NCBI GenBank assembly: GCA_951406725.2
Contig: OX597831.1
Span: 26,164,001 to 26,228,000, forward strand
DNA: 64,000 bases
Direction: 5' to 3'
Origin: Octopus vulgaris
Taxonomy: Eukaryota
Shown here one piece after another: positions 23,951 to 36,962 of this stretch. A model generated the notes under the pieces. That model was given only the letters and a program-made list of their open reading frames with translations. It was not told the DNA's origin and made no database searches. A program made the translations under genes and the position numbers. Within the stretch, counting starts at the first letter, position 1. Every line of letters starts with the position of its first letter.

Positions 23951-25157
23951 TTTTAAACTAGAGGCTCTTCTTATTGTCAACAATTGTAAAGCTCCAGTGA
24001 TGAATGTATTTATTCTACTAACAGCACCTCAGAAATTCTGCAAGCTCAGGGCCATCTCATAAAATAAAAATAGACACAAGACAAAATATAAAACTAACCA
24101 TTTACAATTTTTTTTTTTTTTAATAATCTAAAGAGCTTCCCAAAAAAAATCTATGATTTTTCTATTTCACTTAATTACCCCCAGAAGCAGCTTAAAAATT
24201 ATCTGAAATTACAGTTAATCAGGGAAACAGGCAAGAACAAATCAAAAAATATTGTTGCTGAGATGTTAAGTGAATTGTGCAAACAATTACATACCAATCC
24301 TGACAGATATATTTCCGCCGACCTTGAGGTGTACAATAACTTCAATCAACTGTTGCGGGTAAATAAATGTGTGTGTGTGTGTGTGTGTGTGTGTTATGTT
24401 CATTTGTCCGAACGTTCAGTTCTGTGATCAGCTTAGTGGTTTGCAGTTATTTTAATCTCTTACAGATGAGTAACCTTTACAACTGTAACAAAATTTGCTG
24501 GAGGCTAATAGAAATGATGAACTCTGGTGTATAACAAACTCCAAAGTAGTAATCTTACAGAAATAACTCTATGTTAAAACATGAAGAAACGATAAGCAAA
24601 ATTGTTTTGAATTTCAATTATTTGTTGATTTTTTTTTCTTATATATATAAACTTCTAAAGTTAAATGATTCAGAAGTTTTGCTATTTTAAAACTAATTTT
24701 TTTATTCATTGTTTTCATTCATTTCTTCTTATTTTTCTTTTATTCATATTTTATTTTCTATTCATTTAATGGTGGTGCCCCAGCATGGTTGTAGTTCTGA
24801 AGCTGAAACTGGCAAAGAGCAAAAGAGTATAAAATGGTGAATTTGTTTGTCGTACTTATTTAACAAGAAATTTCATCTGAAATCATGGCTTATTTAAAAA
24901 CAATTTCACTTACATTATTTCTCCTTCTGCATTTGTAGATTTTGTCAATGTTTTTTAAACATCAAATCAAAATTCTTCTGGTCTTCAGAGACATTGGCGT
25001 TCACACAGACTCAGGTTATTTGTAACATAGTCTTATCTACACAAGAGCTGCACAAAGTGGGCCATATGATTCTGAAGTGGATCACACCCAAGTGTTAATG
25101 GGCCACAGTAACATTTGTGTGTCTACAAAAAACCCATATACTTGTGGATCTTTCTCA

Positions 25158-25389
25158 ATACCTATTTCTTTATTACCCACAAGGGGCTAAACACAGAGGG
25201 GACAAACAAGGACAGACATAGGTATTAAGTCGATTACTTCGACCCCAGTGCGTAACTGGTACTTAATTTATCGACCCCAAAAGGATGAAAGGCAAAGTCG
25301 ACCTAGGCGGAATTCGAACTCACAACGTAACGCAGACGAAATACCGCTAAGCATTTCGCCCGGCGTGCTAACGTTTCTGCCAGCTCACC
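25158..25389 (-). mobile_element. SINE family B, full length
   Basis: Reverse complement of 2552-2786. Confidence 0.85.
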
Positions 25390-25748
25390 CACACCATCTA
25401 ATTTGTTTGGGGGGGTGGGGTTGTGTGTGGAGGGGTGTCATTTACCTAGGTATTCCTTCCATTCAGATCAGCTATGAGTACTTTCTGTTACTTTCATTTT
25501 ATCATAGTTTTATTTAGATTTGTCCTTGAATATTTCGGCCTTATTTAGTCAACAGCTGATATTAAAATAGCAGAAAAAAGTTCCCCATTCCAGCTCTGTA
25601 ATGTAACCCTTCCAGCAAAAAATAACAAAGTATTAACATAATTTTTTGTACATGACCCAATACCATTTTTATAGATCTTTAAGCATTAATGCTCTTTCAA
25701 AATTTCTTTTTGATTTCATTTCTGTTAAAACAACATATGTACAATATA

Positions 25749-25862
25749 GGCGCAGAAGTGGATGTGTGGTAAGTAGCTTGCTTACCAACCACATGGTTCC
25801 AGGTTCATTCCCACTGCGTGACAGCTTGAGCAAGTGTCTTCTACTATAGCCAGAGGCCTGTC

Positions 25863-25940
<78 letters not shown>

Positions 25941-26148
25941 CTGTGTCTGTGTTTGTCCCCCCAACATCGCTTGACAACCAATGCTGGTGTGTTTACGTCC
26001 CCGTAACTTAGCAGTTCAGCAAAAGAGACCGATAGAATAAGTACTAGGCTTACAAAGACTAAGTCCTGGGGTTGATTTCCTCGACTAAAGGCAGTGCTCC
26101 AGCATGGCTGCAGTCAAATGACTGAAACAAGTAAAAGAGTAAAGAGTA
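25749..26148 (+). mobile_element. SINE family A with internal deletion
   Basis: Head and tail as 3140-3619; lacks the ccgaccaaagccttgtgagtggatttgg segment. Confidence 0.85.
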
Positions 26149-26562
26149 TAACAGTTGGCAAACATGGTTATTATTGTGGTGGCTACAGGAATTTTGTAAA
26201 TAATTGTATATGGCTTCTTCTGCAAGCAAAGCCATGATTTTTTTTTTTTTTTTTTAGGTTTCATCGAATCAATTTTTGTGCTTGATTGATGATTATTTCA
26301 TTGGAACACAAAATCATGAAAGGCATTATAAACTTGGCAGAATGAGAGCAGTACTAACTCATTAATTGATAGAAACAAAAATGCCATTCAAAGTCTGTTC
26401 AAAAGGATGACTTCTAATCAAAATTTGTGGTTCAGTAAAATTTCTGTTTCTTCAAAAAAAAAAAATACGAGTGCCAATGTTTGGTAAGATATATTTATTC
26501 AGAAAACAAAACAAAACAAATGCTCAAATTCTGTTGTTTAGAACTGATTACGCATTAAGTTC

Positions 26563-26630
26563 TTGCTGCTGCTGCTGTTGCTGCTGCTGTTGTTGCTGCT
26601 GCTGCTGCTGCTGTTGTTGTTGTTGTTGTT
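26563..26630. repeat. (CTG/TTG)n microsatellite
   Basis: Direct reading. Confidence 0.95.
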
Positions 26631-26638
26631 AATATTAC

Positions 26639-26850
26639 AAGATGGTGAGCTGGCAGAATTGTTAGCACACTGGACAAAATGCTTAGCTGTGTTTCACCTG
26701 CTTCTACATCCTGAGTTCAAATTCTGCCAAGGTCAACTTTGCCTTTCATCCTCTCAGAGTTAATAAAACAGAGTATTTGTCAAGTTATAGGGGTTGATGT
26801 AATTGACTAATCCCCTAAAATTGCTAGCCTTGTGCAAAAAATATTTGAAA
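26639..26850 (+). mobile_element. SINE family B variant
   Basis: gatggtgagctggcagaattgttagcac...gagttcaaattctgcc...ctttgcctttcatcct. Confidence 0.75.
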
Positions 26851-26982
26851 CAATTATCATTGCTAATTAATCCTAATCAGTCCTACTGATTGGGCTGCCC
26901 TAAGATCAAAGGTATTGAACCTATGAGCAACCCATCTTGATAGCATGCGTAAAGCATCCGGCTCGACCATTAATTTGGATAT

Positions 26983-27020
<38 letters not shown>

Positions 27021-27085
27021 TCTTAAGATGGTTAGTTGTGATTTGAGGATGCTGTGGCTGCCATTTGTTGCATGACTAGCAACAA

Positions 27086-27297
27086 AGCTGGCAGAAACGT
27101 TAGCATACCGGGCAAAGTGCTTAGTGGTATTTCATCTGTCTTTACATCCTGAGTTCAAATTCTACTGAGGTCGACTTCATCTTTCATTCTTTTGGGGTTG
27201 ACAAATTAAGTACCATTTGTGTACTGGGGCGATCCAATCCATTGCCCCCCCAACCTCCCAAAAATTTCCGGCCTTGTGCTTAGAGTAGAAAAGAATA
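27086..27297 (+). mobile_element. SINE family B variant
   Basis: agctggcagaaacgttagcataccgggc...ggggttgacaaattaagtacc. Confidence 0.75.
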
Positions 27298-27332
27298 TTA
27301 CTTCATATAAATTCAAGACTATCTACTTAATA

Positions 27333-27779
27333 GGCGCAGGTGTGGCTGTGTGATAAGAAGTTTACTTCCCAGCCTCATGGTCCCGGGTTCACTTCCACTG
27401 CATGGCACCATGGGCAAATGTCTTCTATCATAGCCTTGGGGTAGATGTAGTAGACAGAAACTGAAAGATGCCTGTCATGTATATATATGTTTGTGTGTGT
27501 GTGTGAGATAGAGAGGGAGAGTGTGTGTGAGAGAGAGAGGGAGAGTGTGTGTGTCTGAGTGTTTTTGTGTTTATCCCCTACCATCGCTTGACAACCGTTG
27601 GTGGTGTGTTTACATCCTTGTTACTTAGCAGTCTGGCAAAAGAGACCGATAGAATAAGTACCAGTACTTGATAAGAAAAATGAAAGTACAGGTGTCAATT
27701 CATTCAACCAAAATTCTTCGGGGCGGTGCCCCAGAATGGCCACAGTCTAATGACTAATACAAGTGAATGGCAAAAGATA
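27333..27779 (+). mobile_element. SINE family A
   Basis: ggcgcaggtgtggctgtgtg head; catcgcttgacaacc...ggccacagtctaatgact tail. Confidence 0.8.
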
Positions 27780-28264
27780 ATTAAGAAATCAAATGTTAGC
27801 CATATCTCTCATCTTTGGTTTACGTAAGAAAACATTGCTGTTTGCCTATTAAAACAGTATTATTTGTTGTTCTCTTAAAGCTTTAGGTTTTCGTTGTTTA
27901 TTGATTTCTTAGTCCTTGCTACTAGTTTTGTCTAACAATAGAGCTGAAGTTGGCTTTATGGAAAGGATCTGAACATAATGGCTTTTAAATTTGTGAATCT
28001 GGGTAGAAATATTCATTAACATGAAACAATATTGATATTCCACACCTATTTTACATTTTGGTGCAGTTTTATGATGAAATGTGCATGTAAGTGTGAACAT
28101 GTGTGTTTGTGTGTGCATGTTTGTTTGTGTGTGCGTGTGTGTTTGTGTGTGCATGTGTTTGCGCGCATGTGTGTGTGTTTGTGTGTGTATATACCAAACT
28201 TGCTACTCAAGTCCTTCCTAGGATATTAGTTTATCACAATGAATTTAGTTTCACAGGAAAAAGA

Positions 28265-28283
28265 AATAGTAGTAGTAGTAGTA

Positions 28284-28345
<62 letters not shown>

Positions 28346-28346
28346 T
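28265..28346. repeat. (AGT)n(AAT)n microsatellite
   Basis: Direct reading. Confidence 0.95.
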
Positions 28347-28705
28347 ATGTTAATGATTATAAAATGAATAAATAAATAAATGAGGTACTTTAAAAATGTG
28401 ATTAATCTCATTACATTTATTTTTAACAAAGCCGACATTGAAGATGATATGAGTGAAATCAAATGATTGATTGGTTGATTTATAACAAATATCCATCATG
28501 AAATATTGATAAATTAGCACGTGAATGATGACAAGGAAGTATGTGTGTGTGTGTGTGTGTCCTTCCATGCGTGTTGTGCATGCTTTTTAAACTATGTAGT
28601 CGCAAATATTGATTTCACTTTTATAGTTAATTAACTTCTTTATTCACCATTATTCATGACAATAAGCCATTTTTGCTTTATGCATCTGTGTCGTTTAAAA
28701 AAAAA

Positions 28706-28736
<31 letters not shown>

Positions 28737-29103
28737 TCGGTAAAAAAAAACCTCAACAAAATCTCTTAATAAAAGTACAGAATGTGTACTGTATTGGTAG
28801 GGAATTGTATTTGTATATATGTTCAATACAAAGTAATTCATTGGTGTTTTATAATTTAATTCCTATCGTCTTTCTTAGCATAGACACCCATTGATTGTCA
28901 AAGACTGGCAGAAGAACCGGTATCTGAAATTTCTTGAATTTCCCAATAATTATTTCAGTCTGAATATTTAGTTTTTAGTCTTGCAATTTGATCCAGTTTC
29001 CAATAATTATCTTACTCTACATTTTGTTTGTTATTTAATGATCTCTTATTCGTGCAGGTTCAAATCTCTCTCTCCCCCACCACCACCACACACTCTCTCA
29101 CGC

Positions 29104-29153
<50 letters not shown>

Positions 29154-30917
29154 CATATATATATGTATATGTGTATGTGTATTGGGTGTTTTTTTTTGTT
29201 TTTGTTTTTGTTTTCTTCTCATTTTCCCATTTTCTTTCCTCGGGAGAAATATACCAAAATAACACTTGTAAAAATATTCTCTCCATCAGTCATTTTCTTT
29301 ATATGTTTGATTGTTTTCTGTTCTTGCTTTGCCAGTACATATACTAAAATTAGAAATTTTTCTGTCTTTCTTTCGCAAGTTATGTCCAGAGATATCTTTT
29401 GTTTTGCTAATCTTGTGTTTTTCTCCCAAGGTGGGGTTGGTTTACCCAGAGGGATAGAAGTGGTAAGAAACAAGAGTGTGTGACATTGTTACCTCCTGTT
29501 GAAGTGCAGCACTGTGTATTTCAACAATCTATGACAATAGCCATTTAAACAACTAAAGAGTTGGGCCATTGGAAGCACTACTACAAGATTATTCAATTTA
29601 CTAAAAACAGCAGCCAAAATCTTCAATTTACACACTACCATTATAAGAAAAAAATGGTGTGATGGATAATGTAGCTCTAGCCTAAGTCTGAAAGGTCAGT
29701 TGGAATGTTTTTGATCACACACACAAACAAACAATTAATAATGGATTATAAGTATAGGAGATTTAGATGTATTTCATGGCTAACTGGGTGTTAACTAAAT
29801 ATCTTGTTAAAGGTTGTTAATAAACTGATTGAATTAATTATAAAATAGCGAATAATAAAAATAATTCTTCTTTTCTTTCTCCAATTATGTAGACAATAAA
29901 AAATCCATTAGCTTAAATAGTTTATTTATTTGCTTCTCTAACAGTAAGATGTGAGGCAAAACACCACTTGCATTTGATTTCCTATGTAACCAGGAACAAG
30001 AAATTTAACCATAAACAGAATGTAAGGCCTAACATAATTGATAAAATATAATCGTTCCGCTTGACTAGAGACATATTCAGCACATTGTCACATTGGGAAT
30101 CAGGTTTTGCAAAGTTCATCTTATTGCTGGCTCCCAGTGAGGCCAACTACAGAACCTGGCTGGTTCATAGGTGAGTTAGAATCACTATTAGCAACTAAAT
30201 CAAGTCTCAAACAGAAGAAAACAGAACAGATTGCGATGACAAGTGGATTACATCAGAAAGGGGTATACTATAAGGTCAGCGTTATATAATGTGGATGTTT
30301 AAGTGTATCTGAAGAGGCTGTAAATAAAATATTAGAACTGGTTGTTTAAATTCACTGAGTACTTAAAACAGTGGCAGCTGTTTTATATAAAAATAGATGT
30401 CTGTTAAAGTAAATTGATAAATGATAGCTAAATTCGTGAGTTAAATTGTCAGAAACAAAATCATTAAACAATGTAGTTGTAAGATTGTTTGATGTTTCAG
30501 TTTTATTATGTATCAAGTTATTTACTTAAACACACCCACACCCACCTAGTGTACACAAATTTAATCTGTTTAAGAACATAAGTATGTATGTATGTATGCA
30601 TGGAGAGATAGCCATGTGTGTGTGTGAAAATTAACAGTAACAGAAGCAGTATTAATAGCAAAAGATAATTTTGATCTCCAACTTAACATATAAGTTGTGT
30701 TAGAACACAGAACACTGTATTATTTACCTTGAGAGAATCTCACATAAGCACTTGGGGCACATAAAAGCACTCATGATTATCTTGTTGGCAGACGAGAATC
30801 ATCAGCTACAGTCACTTGAACTGCCAGATCACATGATTTCACCTTGCTATGGGTTCATCAGTGACAGATATCCAGCAGTGCAACAACAGCCGAATCTCAC
30901 ATATAGAAATATATATT

Positions 30918-31155
30918 TACCTATTTCTTTACTACCCGCAAAGGGATAAACACAGAGAGGACAAACAAGGACAGACAAACGGATTAAGTTGATTATATCG
31001 GTCCCCAGTGCATAACTGGTACTTATTTAATCGACCCCGAAAGAATGAAAGGTAAAGTCGACCTCGGCGGAATTTGAACTCAGAACATAACAGCAGTCGA
31101 AATACCTCTAAGCATTTCGCCCGGTGTGCTAACGCTTCTGCCAGCTCACCGCCTT
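30918..31155 (-). mobile_element. SINE family B, full length
   Basis: Reverse complement of 2552-2786. Confidence 0.85.
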
Positions 31156-31341
31156 ATATATATATATACCTAGAAAAGGGACAGCATGGGTGTGGTTGCT
31201 ATAGTGGCTTTGATTCTGATTCTACTCACACTAAAATAATCTGATCTAGTGGTCACTCAGATGACTCTGCTTTTGAATTATGGATGCAATACATCTGAAG
31301 AACTTCTTTACAGTTTCTATGGTGTTAGAAAGGTCATCTTT

Positions 31342-31470
31342 GGTGTTAGGAAGGGCATCCAGCTGTAAAAAGCATGTCAATTGGAACCTGGTGCAGCTCC
31401 CCAGCTTACCAATTTTCAATCAAACTTTCCAACCCATGCCAGCATGGAAAATAGACATTAAATGATGATG
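31342..31470 (+). mobile_element. SINE family E, 3' part
   Basis: ggtgttaggaagggcatccagctgtaaaa...ccaacccatgccagcatggaaaa...(ATG)n. Confidence 0.7.
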
Positions 31471-31486
31471 ACAATATATATATATA

Positions 31487-31564
31487 GGTGCCAAGCAGTG
31501 GGACTGAACCCAGAACCATGTAGTTGGTTAGCAAGCTACTTACCTCACAGACACTCCTGTGCCT
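31487..31564 (-). mobile_element. SINE family A head
   Basis: gcagtgggactgaacccagaaccatg...cttacctcacagacactcctgtgcc. Confidence 0.7.
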
Positions 31565-31646
31565 ATACACAGTTTCAGTGAACTTCTGCACTTTTATTGT
31601 CAAAAGACCAGAAGATGTGACAGATATATACATTTTTCTATTATGC

Positions 31647-31711
<65 letters not shown>

Positions 31712-31727
31712 TGTATATATATGTATA

Positions 31728-31778
<51 letters not shown>

Positions 31779-32194
31779 ATGTATGTACTTATATGTATGT
31801 ATGTATTTATATGTATATATATGTATATATATATATGTGTGTATATATGTATATATATGTATATATATGCATATATATGTGTATATATATATATGTATGT
31901 ATATATATGTGTATATATATGTATATATATGTGTATATATATATGTATATATATGTGTATGCATATGTGAGTTACCTTGACTTTGTTGTTATAAATGAGT
32001 GACATTGTCATCGAACTAGTCTCCCTTATTTCTAAGCATCAATGAAAACCTGTGTGGTCATTACCTTGCTTAAAAACAGGAGAGGGATAACAACAGAAAT
32101 GGCATTTGTCCATAGAATGTAAGTTGCCTCAACAAATTTCATCCAATCCATGCAAGTATGGAAAACCAGATTTTGAAATGATGATGATGGTTTC

Positions 32195-32228
<34 letters not shown>

Positions 32229-32231
<3 letters not shown>

Positions 32232-32436
32232 TTCAGCAAAATTTAGATTCAGATGAATTTGGTACTTAAGTTAAAGGCACCAGAATTTTGTATGGTATTA
32301 TCCATATAAATCAAATGGGGTGATTATAATCAACATAAGCAACAAGGATATCCAAGGTAGAGTAGTACGATTGTTTCATGCTACTTCATTTTATTAAACA
32401 CTGTAAGTATTACATCAGTTTTAAAATGTCGAGCAA
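32229..32436. mobile_element. Truncated (TA)n-embedded element, probably Penelope-type
   Basis: Flanked by (TA)n; minus strand retains gtagcatGAAACaatcGTActac (3' half of a hammerhead-like fold only). Confidence 0.4.
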
Positions 32437-32743
32437 TATATATATATATATATATATATGTATATTACCTTTTGAGTTGCCTTTAGCTTCAAACCACAAT
32501 GGGAGGAATAAAATATGTTCCATTGATAAACTGGTTGCCATTTCAGATAGCTGTGGTGTCAGTATAAGTACAAGCATGCAAACACACAACACAGACTTCT
32601 GTTTCTTTCAAATACTTTATTTTCCCAACGAATTTCATCAAATTTTTTTTTTATACATTTCACATAAAATGTATTATTTTTCCTTCTAATTTAATGTCTC
32701 ATTGTTATAGAATGGCATGGAGATATCATTTCATTTCATATAT

Positions 32744-32799
<56 letters not shown>

Positions 32800-32933
32800 G
32801 TATATATATATATAAATATATATGTGTGTGTCTGTGTGTCTGTGCATGTATTTATGTATCGGCATATGTATGTGTGCATCTATGTATCTGTATGTATGTA
32901 TGCATATATATAGAGTAGATAAAGCTGTAAATG

Positions 32934-32965
<32 letters not shown>

Positions 32966-33614
32966 CATACATACATTTTTATATACATATACAGATATAT
33001 ACTTACGTGTATAAATATGCATATGTATGTGTATGAATAAGTATATATATGTATATATTTATATATATATGTATATGTGTATGTATATACATATATCTGT
33101 ATATATACGTATATTTATGCATAAATATATATATATAAATGCATATATACATATAAATACACACACGCACACACACACACACACACATATACATACATAC
33201 ATGCATACACCTGTGTATGACAGTATCACAAATACAAACAATACATACATCATTCACCTACAAATTTTCAGAAGAAACATCCTTATCTGTGGAAACCTTA
33301 CATATGAATTTTTATCTGTAGAAAGCTCTTCTCTATATCAAATAAATCAATATAATCATAATATATGGTTCTTTTTCTATATTCATGTACATGCTAATAA
33401 ATCAATATTTATTGTATATTGTTGTTATTTTCATTTTTTGAAGTTTCACTTTAGTTATGTTATTTTTTTTTTTTATATATATTACATAATTTTACATTTG
33501 TATATGTAAAACCTGCATGTAAATGATAATACCTGCTGCAACCTTTAATTTCAACATTTCTAATTATCAATATTGCTATACTTCGTCAATTCAAATTGGA
33601 AGCACAAGCTTAAA

Positions 33615-33616
33615 CG

Positions 33617-33649
<33 letters not shown>

Positions 33650-33974
33650 TGCATGTATGTATGTATGTATCTATGTATCTATGTATGTATGTATGTATGT
33701 GTATATATATATATGTGTGTATGTATGCATGTATATATGTATATATATAGATATGTATATATATATATGTATGTATGTATATATATATATGTATGTATGT
33801 GTATATATATGTATGTATGTATATATATGTATGCGTATATATATATATATGCACATATATATATATGCATATATATATATATATATGCATATATATATGT
33901 ATATATATATATATATATGCATATATATATATGTATATATATATATATGCATATATATACATATATATATATGC

Positions 33975-34005
<31 letters not shown>

Positions 34006-34017
34006 TATGCATATATT

Positions 34018-34074
<57 letters not shown>

Positions 34075-34075
34075 C
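33615..34075. repeat. Long compound (TATG)n/(TA)n microsatellite
   Basis: Direct reading; similar tracts at 860-1060, 14740-14960, 31645-31970, 32740-33200, 50600-51260 and 58330-58620. Confidence 0.95.
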
Positions 34076-34386
34076 ATACACACATTCACACCCAAATATA
34101 TCTAATTGTTAATAACAAGTTTCTTGCTGCTTTTTTGTTTTTGCTTTTTTAATCTTTAATCACGGGAGTAAATTATCAGTTTTAAATAAATATATTCTGT
34201 TAAGTGCATTGATTATTCTTTCTCCCATTCGTTCTTTCAAATTCACACACACCTGATCAACATCATCATCATCGTCATAGGCTGAACAGGTCATCATGAT
34301 CTATGTCAGTTTTTATTTAGAATTACCTCCCCGTTAAGTAGATTAGGTGCTGTATCTCACAAGCACTATGTATATATCTATATATA

Positions 34387-34427
<41 letters not shown>

Positions 34428-34574
34428 ACACAGACAGAGAGTTGAGTGGATGACAGACTGTGACTTGATGGTATTTAGCTACTGTGTGTAGTAGGTCTTG
34501 CAATGATGAAGAGCCTCTCTAAGTATCTTGTCTCTATGTATGTCGTATATGTGTGCATATATGCATGTGTGTGA

Positions 34575-34632
<58 letters not shown>

Positions 34633-34651
34633 ATATATATGTATATACACA

Positions 34652-35237
34652 CAGGCTGGTGCAAAAGTAGGAGAACAGTTATGAAAAAGAAAACACATAC
34701 AATACTCATTTATTTTTATCAAAAAATTTACAAGTTACAATAAAAGTATTATTATAGTTATCATAAATGCATTATTATGATTAATGACATGAAGGCGCGT
34801 AGCTTAGTGGTTAGGGCACTTGGCTCACAATTGTAAGGTCCTGAGTTCAATTCCCAGCGACGCATTTTGTCCTTGAGCAAGACACTTTATTTCACATTGT
34901 TCCAGTACACTCTGCAGACAAAAATGAGTTGTATCTGCGTTTCAAAAGGTCGGCCTTGTCACACTCTGTGTCACACTGAATCTTCCTAAGAACTACGTTA
35001 AGAGTGCACATGTCTGTAGAGTGCTCAGCCACTTGAACATTAATTTCACGAGCAAGCTGTTCCGTTGATTGTATCAGCTGAGACCCTCGTCGTCGTAACC
35101 AACAGAGTGGTCCATGATTAATGACACTGAAAATATCAAAAACGAGACTAACTAATTTAATGTGCTAATAATTTTAATGAATTAAGTATTATAACATCCA
35201 TGTGATACTTACTGTATACCTACTTTTGCACCCCTTG
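34652..35237. mobile_element. Tc1/mariner-type MITE interrupted by a SINE
   Basis: TIRs caggctggtgcaaaagtaggagaacagt and actgtatacctacttttgcaccccttg, followed by TA. Confidence 0.75.
34790..35113 (+). mobile_element. tRNA-derived SINE family D (tail 1) with 13-bp TSD
   Basis: tgaaggcgcgtagcttagtggttagg...gagttcaattcc...tgtccttgagcaagacacttt; TSD atgattaatgaca at 34777-34789 and 35114-35126. Confidence 0.85.
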
Positions 35238-35309
35238 TATATGTATATGTATGTGTGTGTGTATATATATATCTATATATATACACTCACACACACACAC
35301 ACACACACA

Positions 35310-35590
35310 ATTGCAGTATGGAAGGTGTTTATAAGCCATTTAAAAATACACAAAAACCATTAGATTCACTTCAACATTTAAATTTAATTTGCCAAAATAT
35401 TTTCATTGCTTTGAGACTGCGACCTGTTCACTGACAAAATTCTGTGCTGCATCTGAATTTTGTCAGTGAACAAGTCACAGTTTCAAAGTGAAGAAAATAT
35501 TTTGGCAAATTAAATTTAAATGTTGAAGTGAATTTAACAGGTTTTGTGTGTTTTTAAATGGCTTACAAACATCTTCCACATTTTAATTGT
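35310..35590. mobile_element. ~280-bp palindromic element with two variant-core (GTGAACA) hammerhead folds
   Basis: ~125-bp inverted arms around tgtgctgcatct; each arm reads TTTGTCA-GTGAACA-R-stem II-GAA-AATATT-T-TGGCAAA. Confidence 0.7.
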
Positions 35591-35757
35591 TTTTGTTTCA
35601 GCACATGATCTCAGATCAGGTTACTTGCTATGCAAGTACATCTCCATAATAATTATATATATATAGAAAGAGAAAGAGAGAGACACACACACACTCACAC
35701 ATGTATTGAGAGTTGACTGTCAAAAAAATACATGCTCAATACCATAACAGAAATTAA

Positions 35758-35980
35758 CCCGTTTCAATACTAGCCTGGCTGAAACTGCCTCTGGTTCTGT
35801 AGTACAAATGTCTTGTTTTCAAAAGTTCTGAATTAGAATATTCCACCAAACCTTTGTAACATTTTATGTTCCTAACACTAGCTTAATGATAATTAAGTTA
35901 TTTTACTAAATTCTATGTTATATTTAAAATTAATTGAAAGAAACACAGAGCTTCTCAACAAAAATATGGTAATAAAAGCA
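35758..35980. mobile_element. piggyBac-type MITE (decayed)
   Basis: TTAA on both sides (35754-57, 35981-84), CCC start, degenerate short TIRs. Confidence 0.5.
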
Positions 35981-36007
35981 TTAATAATATTTTATATTTT
36001 AAATCTG

Positions 36008-36670
36008 AAACTAAAAGAAGCCAACTGAATACATGATTGTGTGTGTGTTGGTATGTGTGTGTGTTGGTGTCAGTGTCTCTTTCTATTAAGATCATGTGAT
36101 AGTTGTAAAAGAATGTCACTGTCTTACAGCAGTGTCCTTTATTGCCAATCTTTCATGGAGACATGTCTGGCTTTAGGGAAATATTATTGTACTTGGAAAC
36201 AGGTGAGGGTTGGTGACAGTAAAGGCATCTGTATGTAGAATGTTGGTGACAGTAAAGGCACCTGTATGTAGAATTTGCATTTTGGGAAACTACCACCTGT
36301 GTCATCTCTTGTGAAAGGTAAGAGAGTCCAGTTTGCTGGACATTGTTGTAGAGCTGAAAAAGAGGTAATTTCTACTCTTCTCCTCTGGAAGCCATCTACT
36401 CGCAATACCAGAGGGTGCACACTCTCATACTCTGATGTAATCTCCAGGGTTACAGGCATCCAGCAACAGGACCTCCGTAATGCCATGATGGACCGTGAAG
36501 TCTGGCGTAGCATGGTAAATTCCATTGTCTCAACCACGGTCGAACAATGATGATGATGATGTATGTAGAATGTTGGTGACAGTAAAGGCACCTGTATGTT
36601 GAATATTTGCGTTAACAAATTCTGTCCAACCAATGCAAGCATGTAATAGTTAACATTAAAATAGTGATAA
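36008..36670 (+). mobile_element. SINE (A-type 5' part, E-type tail) interrupted by a LINE fragment
   Basis: gaaactaaaagaagcc...ggaaacaggtgagggttggtgacagtaaaggcat...tgtccaaccaatgcaagcatg; relatives at 32005-32190 (+) and 63120-63350 (-). Confidence 0.6.
36279..36559 (+). mobile_element. RTE/RTEX-clade LINE 3' end, open frame, (TGA)n tail
   Basis: FGKLPPVSSLVKGKRVQFAGHCCRAEKEVISTLLLWKP...AMMDREVWRSMV* (FAGHxxR and DRxxWR motifs) then tgatgatgat. Confidence 0.85.
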
Positions 36671-36680
36671 TGAAGATACA

Positions 36681-36952
36681 TCTATTATATAAAATCCGTT
36701 CTGTCTGTCTGTGTGTATGTCTTCTAGGATCCTCCATCCGATTGCACTCAAATTTGATATGCAGATACGAACGGTATCAGGGCATGTATAAGTCTTTAAA
36801 GATTTACAAAAATTGAATCCAGGTGAGAATGCAATTGATAAAGCCGTGGGAACGTACATTTGTATGCGCATCGGACAAGTTATTTTCAGAAAATTTGGTT
36901 TAAATGTGTGACAACTCAGCACCGGCCATTGGACGGGGGGGCGTTTTGCTAA
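36681..36952 (+). mobile_element. Non-autonomous Helitron-like element
   Basis: a|TCtattatataaaatccgttctgtctgtctg start; GC-rich 3' end and gCTAA|t (decayed CTAG). Confidence 0.6.
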
Positions 36953-36962
36953 TAGGTATACT

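Noticed and set aside
32345-32425. Complete minus-strand hammerhead (CTGATGT...GAAACaatcGTA)
   Set aside because: Core mismatched and no stem I or II pairing with that CTGA; only the 3' half is credible.
36209-36603. Three copies of a ~33-bp repeat as a CRISPR array
   Set aside because: Explained by tandem duplication plus target-site duplication around a LINE fragment.
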